This document shows, piece after piece, positions 28,239 through 38,493 of a stretch of 64,000 bases of DNA (within the stretch, counting starts at the first letter, position 1; every line of letters starts with the position of its first letter). This DNA comes from an uncultured delta proteobacterium (GTDB lineage: Bacteria; Desulfobacterota; RBG-13-43-22), in the NCBI GenBank assembly GCA_963790475.1, contig CAWBOS010000011.1, positions 244,602-308,601 of the forward strand. Reading direction: 5' to 3'. Below the pieces are notes generated by a model. The model saw only the letters and a list, made by a program, of their open reading frames with translations, was not told the origin of the DNA and ran no database searches. Position numbers and translations under genes: made by a program.

Positions 28239-30398
28239 TTGGAACCTATTAAATTATTAATGAATAAGCCAGGAATCAGACCAGGGATCGGTAAGATCAT
28301 TGAGGTCCGGAATTTATTGGAGGAAGAAGAAACCAAGGGCCGTGATCTGACCTATGGGAATTTATTTGAATTGGTCCGATTATTAACCGAAGGAGAACTG
28401 GAGAGAGGATTCAACAATGCCAAAAAGATCCCCCGCAAAAAACTGATCGACCTTCTCAATTATTTCAATTTCTCTGAGAGAGAATTTTTAGTTGTTTTCA
28501 GTCATCCCCAATACGATGAGATCGTAACCCGGGCCATCAAACCCCAGCCCTGTCAGGAAGGCACCATTTCCGGCCTATGGGCCCGCCCGGGGGACTATAG
28601 TGAATCTTTGAAAGATTTCGAAGTGCTTTGTTTTCTGATTGAAAACGAGAGAGAAATCCTTTTGGCCCAATCGCGGCGCGTCGAAATAGATGAGCAGGGG
28701 ATTGGGTTGACCTTGCCGGAATTCGGTTTTGAAATCATTATACGGAAAACCAATCGATACCCCTGCCATCAGGTTCAGGCGGAATTGATTCAAAACGGGA
28801 TTCTTTTCCCAGGGCGTCTGGATGTCTTCAGCGTCAACTCTTTTCGGGTGGAAGTCTTTTCCGAAGAAGGAAAATCTTTAAAATGGATTAATTCCGAATA
28901 TCCTGTCCAAATCATTCTAAAGGATCGAGAAGAAATTTTATATTCCCGGCAGTGTAAAATAGTCAAGCAGAGGGAAAATCTTAATACGAAAACTTTAGTA
29001 TTGGAACCCAACCATGAACCTATCCATAGATTCAAACGAAGAGAGTTTCGTGCCTCGAGAACAACCCTGCATCCGTCCCCCGGGGTTTATTGCCTTCACC
29101 CATTGATTAAGAGACTAATAAAATTTAATGTCTGCGATATATCGACTTCCGGTTTCTCCGTGGAAGAAGAAGGGGGATCCTCCACACTTCTGCCGGGAAT
29201 GATCATTCCCGACCTTCAAATCGAGCTGGCCAATACCGCCACCTTATCCTGCAAAGCCCAGGTCATTTATCAAAATAAAATGGAAGACACGGTTGTCAAA
29301 TCCGGCTTTACTATTTTAAATATGTCCAATGAAGACTATATTAAATTAACCAACCTGGTCAATAAATCCATGAATATTAATCTGGATATTTGCGGGACCA
29401 TTGAACAGGAATCTTTGTGGCAATTTTTCTTCCAGGCCGGATTTATCTATCCGCAAAAATATCATTATATCCAGCAAAATAAAGAAGATTTTAAAAACAT
29501 TTATAAAAAGATCTATCAAAGTCCGACGGAAATCGAGAGACATGTTACCTACCAGGAGAGGGGAAGCATACTGGGACATATCTCCATGCTCCATGTTTAC
29601 GGTGCCACCTGGATGCTTCACCACTTTGCAGCCACCCCCAGTTCCAGACACAAGAAAGTGGCCTTGACCCTGTTGCAGCAGATCGAACAGTATATCATCG
29701 ATTCCCATTATCTTGAATCTACCCGGATGGATAACATCATCTGTTATTTCCGGCCGGAAAACAAGTTCCCCAATCTGGTTTTCGGAGGAGCGGCCAGGGC
29801 GTTAAAAAACCCGAAGATCTGTTCGCTGGATCGTTTTGCCTATATCTCCTACCCCATGATCCTGAGCCCCCATCAAGGGGAACTTCCCGAACCCTGGACT
29901 ATGACCCCGACCGGGCCGAACGATTTGGACGAACTGGCCCATTTTTATAACCATACCTCCGGAGGGCAAATGATCCAAGCCCTTGATCTGTATCCGGATA
30001 CATTGAAAGACGATCGTTTAAACCAAACCTATCATCGCCTGGGTTTTAAACGGGAACGTCATCTTTTTTCGATCAAAAAGAAAGGCAAGGTCAAGGCTAT
30101 CATAAGCCTGATCAAAACCGATACCGGCTTGAATTTATCGGAATTGACCAATTGTGTAACGCTGTTTGTTTTGGAACCGGAAAGTTTTCCTTTTGAGGTG
30201 TTCTTAAAGACTTTTTCTCAGTTGGGGGTCCATGATGAACGTCAAACGATCCCTGTTTTAATTTATCCTGCCCAATATGCCGAACGTCATGCCATGGCCT
30301 GTGACCGTTTTTATGACCTCTGGGTTTTTGGGGTGGAAAACAGCGATCATTATTTCAATTACGTCAATAAGATCTTTTCGCGCCTTGTTTCTTTATAG
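28239..30398 (+). CDS. PilZ-domain protein with a C-terminal GNAT-like region
   Basis: RKTNR and RREFRASR (RxxxR) plus CDISTSGF (DxSxxG) motifs; C-terminal GHISML...WMLHHFAA...CYFRPENKFP; start may be the ATG at 28260. Confidence 0.75.
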   Translation: MEPIKLLMNKPGIRPGIGKIIEVRNLLEEEETKGRDLTYGNLFELVRLLTEGELERGFNNAKKIPRKKLIDLLNYFNFSEREFLVVFSHPQYDEIVTRAIKPQPCQEGTISGLWARPGDYSESLKDFEVLCFLIENEREILLAQSRRVEIDEQGIGLTLPEFGFEIIIRKTNRYPCHQVQAELIQNGILFPGRLDVFSVNSFRVEVFSEEGKSLKWINSEYPVQIILKDREEILYSRQCKIVKQRENLNTKTLVLEPNHEPIHRFKRREFRASRTTLHPSPGVYCLHPLIKRLIKFNVCDISTSGFSVEEEGGSSTLLPGMIIPDLQIELANTATLSCKAQVIYQNKMEDTVVKSGFTILNMSNEDYIKLTNLVNKSMNINLDICGTIEQESLWQFFFQAGFIYPQKYHYIQQNKEDFKNIYKKIYQSPTEIERHVTYQERGSILGHISMLHVYGATWMLHHFAATPSSRHKKVALTLLQQIEQYIIDSHYLESTRMDNIICYFRPENKFPNLVFGGAARALKNPKICSLDRFAYISYPMILSPHQGELPEPWTMTPTGPNDLDELAHFYNHTSGGQMIQALDLYPDTLKDDRLNQTYHRLGFKRERHLFSIKKKGKVKAIISLIKTDTGLNLSELTNCVTLFVLEPESFPFEVFLKTFSQLGVHDERQTIPVLIYPAQYAERHAMACDRFYDLWVFGVENSDHYFNYVNKIFSRLVSL

Positions 30399-30467
30399 CT
30401 TGGGGGTCCCCCTCCCCTTTCTCAAGACCTTTGAACAAAGTCCCCAGACCAGAAAATCTTTGGCCAT

Positions 30468-31015
30468 GGGGTCACCATTAAAAAGCCACCGTCTAGAGAA
30501 AAGGTTTTCCGTATACAAGAAGAAGCTTTTTTCTTGCAGTGCATAGGCATGATAGAACTGCCCAAGATTTCCAACGTCCTTACCTTTCGTCAGATAGAAC
30601 GAGGCCGGTCCGAGTTTTGGATTTTAATGGATCTTGAGGAAAAAGAAATGCGGTCTTTATGGACGGCCGCCTGGCCGATGGAATTATGCAGGTCCGCCGG
30701 GGCCTGGTCCAGTTCAAGCCCGGCTATGACGGGGTTTACGGGCAGACAAAAATTTCCCGAAATGATGTCCTCCTGCCAAAACCTTCCTCCCAACTCACAC
30801 TTTCTTACCGCCATATTTACCAGAGCCTTTCACAAGCCTGGCATTCCCCGGAGGTCCTTTTTTCATGTAACAAATCCCGACCTCCATGTTCTTTCCCTGT
30901 GTAATGGTTTTCTCTGAACGATGAACGCTCAACGCCGAATGTCTTTTCCTTCTCCCTTGCCCCCCTTCCCCTCTTTTTTTTTGGTAAACTTTCCGGCCAT
31001 GGCCCGGTTTAGGAT
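30468..31015 (+). repeat. Longest mosaic repeat copy: modules A + B + C
   Basis: Module A 30468-30588; EndoQ-like IERGRSEFWILMDLEEKE..GRLADGIMQVRRGLVQFKPGYDGVYG..KPSSQLTL; module C to ~31015. Confidence 0.85.
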
Positions 31016-31255
31016 GGGTTAAGATTAAGATGGGGGAAAGCCCGTGGTCAGAAATCGATTTTTTCCTGTACTCGCCCAAATCCAATTTTAGATAAAATAG
31101 AATAGTTGAAACAGTAATCAAATCTTAAATACGCCTTTTCCCCCCACAAAATACTCTCCTGCCTGTATTTCATTATCAACTTAGTTAGCGTAAGTTGAAT
31201 GCTACCCTCACATATCGCCTTGGCATTTGCGGTATGATTCAGGAAGGAGTCAAAA

Positions 31256-31858
31256 ATGAATCCCCCAATTAAAATCCTCCACATTGACCAAGATTATAGA
31301 GTTATCTATTTTATTAAGTATCCTGGGAGCATAATCCGTTCCCCTATTTCACTCCAACAGGCCTTAGATCTCTTAAAAACCGAGGAATTCGATTTGATTC
31401 TTTCAGAACCGCATAATAAGGCGATCCTGAACCCTCAAGCTAGTTCTTTAACTGAGGACAATAAGATCCGCATCCTGATCGTCGATGACAATCCCATTCT
31501 CAGAGAGGGACTAAAGTCCGTTCTTTCCCATTCCCCGATTTTCGATATCGTTGGTCAAGCCGGCGATGGTCTTGAGGCCATTGATTCCGTTGAAAAATTT
31601 CACCCCGACCTGGTTTTGATGGATATAGCCATGCCCCGGATGGACGGTATAACTGCAACTAAGGAAATTAAGAAACAATGGCCGGAGACTAAAATCCTGG
31701 TTTTTAGCGTTCATAAATCTTCCGAATATCGGACAGCCGCTTTAAATGCCGGAGCTGATGGTTATATCAGCAAAGATTCTTTCTCAGTCGAATTGGTTCA
31801 ATCCATCCAAGATATTCTTAATAAAAATCAAGAGTTCCATTCTAACATTATGAAATAG
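31256..31858 (+). CDS. Response regulator: degenerate N-terminal REC-like segment + NarL-type REC, no output domain
   Basis: IRILIVDDNP..PDLVLMDIAMP.MDG..GADGYISKD; protein ends after the REC domain. Confidence 0.85.
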   Translation: MNPPIKILHIDQDYRVIYFIKYPGSIIRSPISLQQALDLLKTEEFDLILSEPHNKAILNPQASSLTEDNKIRILIVDDNPILREGLKSVLSHSPIFDIVGQAGDGLEAIDSVEKFHPDLVLMDIAMPRMDGITATKEIKKQWPETKILVFSVHKSSEYRTAALNAGADGYISKDSFSVELVQSIQDILNKNQEFHSNIMK

Positions 31859-31988
31859 TCTGGTATAGATCCTTTCTTTTTTCTCGTTGCCGCTCTTTGG
31901 GCTTACTTAAATATTCCCTTAATCCGAAGGGAGCCATCCAGGCAGACTATCTTAGTTGAACTCGTAATCGATAAGATAAGCACATGCG

Positions 31989-32273
31989 TCAGATGAACAG
32001 TTGGTGAAGTCGATCACAATTTAAGTTAGGACCGTTTAGAGGAATTGGGCCTGTTTGGTTATTCCCGTCTTTGTCATGATAAATCAATTTTCCTGAGGAA
32101 TAAGGTAATGCCTCGATTTCTTCATTGGAAGCCGCTTTAATCTGTTTTTTTATCAAATGAACGGCATCAGCAATTTTTTTTGAAAATTCTTGAAATTCCC
32201 GGAAAACCTGTTTAACCTCTCTTTCAGTTGGCCCATAATAATACCCAAAATGGTATCCATGAAAGACATCCAA
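31989..32273 (-). CDS. Hypothetical protein
   Basis: 94-aa ORF only, no recognised motif. Confidence 0.35.
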   Translation of the reverse strand: MDVFHGYHFGYYYGPTEREVKQVFREFQEFSKKIADAVHLIKKQIKAASNEEIEALPYSSGKLIYHDKDGNNQTGPIPLNGPNLNCDRLHQLFI

Positions 32274-32292
32274 TTATGACATACAGGGAACT

Positions 32293-33051
32293 ATGATCAT
32301 TAAGGAAATTCAAGCCAAGGCCATCCTTTCAAAATCCCAGGTCTATGACTATGCCTTGAACGCGTATGTGGGATGCGGGCATAACTGCAGCTACTGCTAT
32401 GCGCGGTTCATGAAGAGATTTACCGGGCACAGTGAACCATGGGGTGAGTTTGTGGATGTAAAAATGAATGCGGCGGAACTCTTAGCCCGGGAGGTCAAGA
32501 AAAAGAAAAAAGGAACCGTCTGGATAAGCGGGGTGTGTGACGCCTATCAACCCTTAGAAGGAAAGTATAGACTCACCAGGAGATGTCTTGAGATCCTCGT
32601 GGAGAACGGCTGGCCGGTTGTGATTCAGACAAAATCTCCATTGGTCCTGCGGGACATTGAGATATTGAAGAGGGCAACGGATAGTGAGGTCGGGTTCACA
32701 ATAACTACCGCTGATGAAAGGATGCGGAGGATCTTTGAACCGGGTGCCCCTCCGATAGAAAAACGCCTAAAGGCATTGGGGATCCTTCATGGAGAGGGAA
32801 TCAGGACTTATGTCATGATCGCCCCCATGCTTCCAGGGGCTGACAGGCTCGCTGAGATGCTGAAGGGAAAGGTGGACCATGCCCTGATTGACAGATATAA
32901 TTATCATTATGCCGACCGGGCCTATAAAAAATACGGAATGGAATGGGCCATGGATGAGGCCTTCTTTCAGGAAGAAGGTGAGGAATTGAGGGCCTCGTTT
33001 GAAAAGGCTGGGATATCCTGTTCGATTTCGGTCCCGGGCAACAACAAATAA
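32293..33051 (+). CDS. Radical SAM protein (spore photoproduct lyase-like / Rv2578c family)
   Basis: NAYVGCGHNCSYCYA (CxxxCxxC), DAYQPLE and QTKSPLVLRDI motifs. Confidence 0.9.
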   Translation: MIIKEIQAKAILSKSQVYDYALNAYVGCGHNCSYCYARFMKRFTGHSEPWGEFVDVKMNAAELLAREVKKKKKGTVWISGVCDAYQPLEGKYRLTRRCLEILVENGWPVVIQTKSPLVLRDIEILKRATDSEVGFTITTADERMRRIFEPGAPPIEKRLKALGILHGEGIRTYVMIAPMLPGADRLAEMLKGKVDHALIDRYNYHYADRAYKKYGMEWAMDEAFFQEEGEELRASFEKAGISCSISVPGNNK

Positions 33052-33983
33052 ATGGAATGGGATAAAATTTTCACCTTATTCGGGGTTCTTCTTTTACTTC
33101 CAGGAATGGTCCAGGGAGGGACCTCTTTCCATCCCCTTTTTCAAGAAAGCGATGAGAAAAGGGGTTACTGGGTATATCTGCCCGACCGCCATCAGGGTTC
33201 CAATTTGTTGCCGGTGGTTTTGGTCCTTCACGGAGAGGAGATGGACGGTGAGTCTATGATCCGCCTCTGTAATCTCAATGAAAAGGCTGATGAAGCCGGC
33301 TTTTTGGCAGTCTATCCGAACGGCACAGGCCAGAAGGATAAGAAATTGACCTGGATGCAGGGCGGTGCTGCGGCTCGGCCCAATTCAACAATAGAGAGGA
33401 TGTTGCCTTTATCGAAAATGTCCTGGATAACGTGGAGGAACGTTATCCGGCGGACCGGTCAAGAATTTATGCGACCGGCATATCGAATGGGGCCATGATG
33501 GCCTACCGGTTGGCAGCAGAAATTCCCTACCGCATTGCTGCTGTGGCGGCTGTAGCTGGAAGCCTTGAGGTGGGACCTTCCACCATTGAATGGCCTGTCC
33601 CGGTGTTGCACTTTCACGGTACGCGGGATGAGTTTGTCCACTTCGACGATGGACATGGAGGCCGATCCAAAACAAGAATCGGCATCAATTCGGCGATGGA
33701 CACCATACGGACCTGGGTCTGGGTTAACGGGGCTAATATAGAACCTGAAACAGCAGAATTGCCGGATCAAGCGGACGACGGCACCAGGGTGGTACGATAT
33801 ATCTACCGGGCTCCTAAATCAGGAGCCGATGTTATTTTATATAAGATTCAAGGAGGAGGCCACACCTGGCCCGGCAGGCCGAGCGGGGAGATAATTCTTG
33901 GCCCCTCCACCCGGCAAATCTCAGCCAATGATCTAATCTGGGAGTTCTTTAAGAAACATAAATTAAATAATCCACACCCCTAG
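33052..33983 (+). CDS. PHB-depolymerase/LpqC-like esterase, frameshifted near 33355
   Basis: VLVLHG and AVYPNG in the first ORF; TGISNGAMM (GxSxG), HFHGT.D and GGGHTWPG in the second; one extra base restores TWNAGRCCG. Confidence 0.8.
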
Positions 33984-34151
33984 GAGCCTGTCGGACTTAA
34001 ATTTGTCCGGTTAAATTTTCGTTTAAAAAATCTATTAAAAATGTGCTCAAAAGACAAGATTTCTCTTGGCATAAGTTGGATTATATGATAAAATATAAAT
34101 TAATTCAATTAGTTAAATATATTCGACTTTAAAATTACGTAGAGAGAAAAT

Positions 34152-35506
34152 ATGAATCCTCCACGATTTAAGTGTTGTGACCGCGATACCCTATACCTGA
34201 TGCCTCCCTCTATTCATGATTGGCTACCACGAAATCACTTGGCCAGATTTATTGTGGAGGTGGTCACCAAACTTGACTTGAGGCCCATCGAAAACGCCTA
34301 CGACGGCCGGGGTTCCGAGGCTTATTCTCCGACCATGCTGGTGGCATTGTTGTTTTACGGTTATGCCACGGGCGTCTTCTCCAGCCGCAAACTGGAATTG
34401 GCCACCCATGAGTCGGTAGCTTTTCGTTATATTACGGCCAATCAACACCCGGATCATGACACGATAGCTGCCTTCCGCAAACGTTTTCTGGAAGAGTTAA
34501 AGCCTCTATTCGCCCAGATCCTGATGATTGCTCAAACAATGGGTATAGCCAAACTGGGCCAAGTGGCCTTAGACGGAACTAAGATCAAGGCCAATGCCTC
34601 CCAACATAAGGCCTTGAGTTGGGATCATGCCTGTAAACTGGAACAACAGATTCAGGCAGAAGTTGACTCGCTCTTACGTCAGGCCGAAGTAGCGGACCGG
34701 GAAGCGGTTCCCGAAGGGATGAGTATCCCGGAGGAACTTTCTCGAAGAGGGAAACGGCTTGAAACTATAGAACTGGCCAAGCGAGAGATTGAACGTCGAG
34801 CCGCTGAGCGTTATGCCAAAGAGCAAGAAGTCTACGACCAAAAGATGGCCGAACGTTATGCCAAGGAGCAAGAGGGTGGTAAGAAACCCCGAGGACGTGA
34901 ACCTAAACCACCCGAGTCCGGCCCTAAAAAAACCGATCAAGTGAATCTGACCGATGAAGATTCCCGGATTATGCCCGCTGCCGGCGGGACCTTTGAACAA
35001 GCTTACAACGCCCAAGCCGGGGTGGATCTTTCAACCATGCTTATTGTCGAAAATCATGTTACCCAACACCCCAATGACAAGCAAGAAATCCAGACGACCT
35101 TGGAAAACCTGATTTCCCTACCAGACCAGTTAGGCACGGTGGACACCCTAGTGGCCGATTCAGGCTATTTTAGTGAGGCCAACCTGGATAAGTGCGCAGC
35201 CGAGCAGATTACCCCCTATATTGCTGTAAATCGTGAAAAACACAATATTCCCTTAGAAGAACGTTTCGCCCAGCCCGAACCTTTGCCGGAAGAGGCTGAT
35301 GTGCTTACCCGAATGAAGCATCGGCTAAAAACATCAGAGGGCAAAAAGATATACGCCCAGCGGAAGAGTACGGTTCGAACCGCTATTCGGCATTATCAAG
35401 GCCATTATGGGCTTTCGACAATTTTTCCTTCGCGGGTTAGAGATGGTCAGCGGCGAATGGAATTTAGTCTGTATGGCCTACAACTTAAAAAGAATGTATG
35501 CCCTAG
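34152..35506 (+). pseudogene. IS1182-family transposase (outer), frameshift at ~35374 and interrupted near its C-terminus
   Basis: DUF772-like N-terminus, ALDGTKIKANAS and ADSGY motifs; the corrected frame continues RMYAL|AAK* after the inner IS. Confidence 0.85.
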
Positions 35507-37165
35507 GAGTCTGTCGGACTTAAATGTTTTATAGTCAAAATTTTATTTAAGAAGAGAAAAATCTCTTGGTTAAATCTAAGTTTTATGGTAGAATATAAAA
35601 CTAATTCAATAAGTTAAATTAACATTTTTTATAATTTTATGACCACACCAAGAGAGCCACATGAACCCTCCACGATTTAAGTGTTGTGACCGTGACACCC
35701 TATACCTTTTGCCTCCCTCTATCCACGATTGGCTTCCGGAAAATCATCTGGCCCGTTTTATTGTGGAGGTAGTAATCAAACTTGATTTAAGGCCTATTGA
35801 AAATGCGTACAATGGCCGGGGTTCCGATGCCTATTCTCCTGCTATGATGCTGGCCTTGCTTTTTTACGGTTATGCGACCGGGGTTTTCTCCAGCCGCAAA
35901 CTGGAATTGGCCACCTATGAGTCGGTAGCTTTTCGTTATATTACCGCCAACCAGCATCCGGATCATGACACCATTGCTGGTTTCCGGAAACGTTTTTTGG
36001 AGGAATTAAAGCCGCTATTCACCCAAATCCTGATGATTGCCCAAACTATGGGTATAGTCAAGTTGGGCCAGGTGGCTTTAGACGGAACCAAAATCAAAGC
36101 CAATGCCTCCAAACATAAGGCCTTGAGTTGGGATCATGCCTGTAAACTGGAACAACAGATCCGGGCCGAGGTCGATGCGCTCTTACGTCAGGCCGAAGCA
36201 GCGGAACGAGAAGAGATTCCTGACGGGATGAACATCCCGGAGGAATTGGGTCGAAGAGAAAAACGCCTTCAGACTATTGACCTGGCCAAGCAAGAGATCG
36301 AACGTCGCGCTGCGGAGCGTTATGCCAAAGAACAAGAAATCTACGACCAGAAGAGGGCCGCCCGTAAAGCCAAAGAGCAAGAAAGTGGTAAAAAACCCAA
36401 GGGACGTAAACCTGAACCACCCGAGCCCGGTCCTAAAAAAAACGACCAAATGAATCTAACCGATGAAGACTCCCGGATTATGCCTGCTGCCGGAGGAACC
36501 TTTGAACAAGCTTACAACGCTCAAGCCGGCGTGGATCTGAATACCATGCTCATCGTAGAAAATCATGTCACTCAACAACCCAATGACAAGCAAGAAATTG
36601 AAAATACCTTGGGAAATCTGACTTCCTTACCAAACCAGTTAGGCACGGTTGACACATTAGTAGCCGACTCAGGCTATTTTAGCGAAACCAATCTGAATAA
36701 GTGTGAAGCCGAGCAGATCACCCCCTATATTGCTGTAAATCGTGAAGAACACAATATTCCCTTAGAAGAACGTTTTGCCCGGCCTGAACCTTTACCGGAA
36801 GATGCTGATGTGCTGACCCGAATGAAGCATCGGCTAAAAACACCCGAGGGCAAAAAGATATACGCCCAGCGGAAAAGCACGGTCGAACCGGTATTTGGCA
36901 TCATCAAGGCCATCATGGGCTTTCGACAATTTTTCCTTCGAGGGTTAACAGCGGTCAGTGGTGAATGGAACTTAGTCTGCATGGCCTACAATTTAAAAAG
37001 AATGCATATCTTAGCCCATTAATAATAATGACCGAGCAATTGCAAGGAAAAATTGTCGAAAAAAGCTTGATATCTTTATTGTTGAACTAAAAACCCCTTT
37101 GATCCTCTAAGAAAAAATCCGATCCCTTTTGTATAATAATTATGAGTTTCAAGACCGACAAACTC
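35507..37165 (+). mobile_element. IS1182-family element (inner, nested), CTAG target duplication
   Basis: IRL gagtctgtcggactt at 35507; IRR aagaccgacaaactc 37151-37165; CTAG at 35503-35506 and 37166-37169. Confidence 0.9.
35661..37022 (+). CDS. IS1182-family transposase (intact)
   Basis: DDE motifs ALDGTK, ADSGY, RKSTVEPVFG.IK; AYNLKRM C-terminus. Confidence 0.93.
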   Translation: MNPPRFKCCDRDTLYLLPPSIHDWLPENHLARFIVEVVIKLDLRPIENAYNGRGSDAYSPAMMLALLFYGYATGVFSSRKLELATYESVAFRYITANQHPDHDTIAGFRKRFLEELKPLFTQILMIAQTMGIVKLGQVALDGTKIKANASKHKALSWDHACKLEQQIRAEVDALLRQAEAAEREEIPDGMNIPEELGRREKRLQTIDLAKQEIERRAAERYAKEQEIYDQKRAARKAKEQESGKKPKGRKPEPPEPGPKKNDQMNLTDEDSRIMPAAGGTFEQAYNAQAGVDLNTMLIVENHVTQQPNDKQEIENTLGNLTSLPNQLGTVDTLVADSGYFSETNLNKCEAEQITPYIAVNREEHNIPLEERFARPEPLPEDADVLTRMKHRLKTPEGKKIYAQRKSTVEPVFGIIKAIMGFRQFFLRGLTAVSGEWNLVCMAYNLKRMHILAH

Positions 37166-37325
37166 CTAGCTGCCAAATAAAAAAATCCACAAAGAAAAAT
37201 TACAAAAAAAGGCCTTATTCTATTATCTTGAACTTACTATAACCCTTTGGAGTCCTCAAAATAAAATCGGACCTCTTGGGAGACAATATCTTTAGCTCAA
37301 GATCGACAGGCTCCTAGTCCGGTTT

Positions 37326-37910
37326 TTATTTTACAGTATAACCCCGGCCTTCGAGGCAGGCACCCATGGCCCGCCGGAAATCAAGCTCCCTTTGTACCAA
37401 TTGGGAGTAGCGGGCCTGATCCATCCGGGCATAGGCCTCTTCCTGTCTTCGGGCTTCCTCTTGTCTGGCCGTATCCGAGACAGCCCCGGCAACGGCTCCT
37501 CCGGCCGCTCCGATCAAGGCCCCACCGGCCGCATGTCTCCCGCCCAGGATAGCTCCCAGTACCGCTCCGACCACGGCGAAGGCGGCTGTGTCATGGCCTG
37601 GCGGAGGTAAAGGTACCACCCTGACCCGTTGCTCCGGCGGAAGAGGCGAAAGACTTGGATCAAAACCGGTCTCCTTGATGGCCCAGTTATAGCATTCGTA
37701 ATGGTCCCGCGATTGTTGTTCGACGGTTTGACCCTTTTGGGGATAAAAATAGACCTGAGGGAGGGATGGTCGAGGGGGCCCGGCCACAGGTTGTGAAACC
37801 ACCAATTCCTGCCTAGGATAACAGGCAACCAACCCGAAAAGGGTTAAAAGAAACAAAAGCCCAAGACTGACCCTGGCCGATTTATTCAAATTTTGTTCTG
37901 GAATTTTCAT
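37326..37910 (-). CDS. Glycine-zipper lipoprotein
   Basis: LVAC lipobox; YPQKGQT.EQQ.RD.YEC..WA; GAVLGAILGG..AGGALIGAAGG; CLEGRGYTVK. Confidence 0.85.
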   Translation of the reverse strand: MKIPEQNLNKSARVSLGLLFLLTLFGLVACYPRQELVVSQPVAGPPRPSLPQVYFYPQKGQTVEQQSRDHYECYNWAIKETGFDPSLSPLPPEQRVRVVPLPPPGHDTAAFAVVGAVLGAILGGRHAAGGALIGAAGGAVAGAVSDTARQEEARRQEEAYARMDQARYSQLVQRELDFRRAMGACLEGRGYTVK

Positions 37911-38493
37911 TTTCTTTCTCCTTAATCAGTAAACCTGCTAAATTTTACCTCTAATTACGAATACTCCGGTTGTCAATCGTGGGCTTATAATTTTATTAAA
38001 ATTTTATCATAGCTGTCAAATGAAAGGCAAAAAGCACCAGTAATAGCCAGGCGAGTGGAAATAAACTAATGAGAATCACTTTTTTCATAGCAAATCCTTT
38101 GTCTTCAACGCTGTACTCTTCCTGCTGAATGCCCAGCTACAGCCTTAGGGGGTTTAGTTTTCGATACCGGTTGCCAAGGGTATAATAGTGTCGAATTTAA
38201 TACCCTGACCGAAAGAGACTCATTTGAAAAAATATTTCGATTTAGGCATTCTGGACCTCCTGTCTACCGATCTGCAGTTAAAGGGCCGCTTTTTTCTCTT
38301 TTCCCGGGGAGAGGCTGGTATTCTCTTCGGTTGATAAAATTATCAAAAACCTTTCAATCAAATTATCTCAAAGAAATTTGATTTTCTAAGAGCTCCCATT
38401 CACTTGAAAGAGGCTCTGTCGGCATCCACTGTATTTCCTCTCCCCGGAACAAAGGATCGTACTCTACTCACAACAGCTCTAGTGAAAGCCAAC

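Larger units (their letters stand above)
33984..37313 (+). mobile_element. IS1182-family element (outer), CTAG target duplication
   Basis: IRL gagcctgtcggactt at 33984; IRR aagatcgacaggctc ending 37313; CTAG at 33980-33983 and 37314-37317. Confidence 0.88.

Noticed and set aside
8379-31015. Classical integron attC array
   Set aside because: No tyrosine integrase in the window and no RYYYAAC...GTTRRRY palindromic sites. The repeats are mosaics of gene fragments.
34152-37022. Tandem duplication or composite transposon of two IS copies
   Set aside because: IR and CTAG positions show nesting, and there is no cargo between them.
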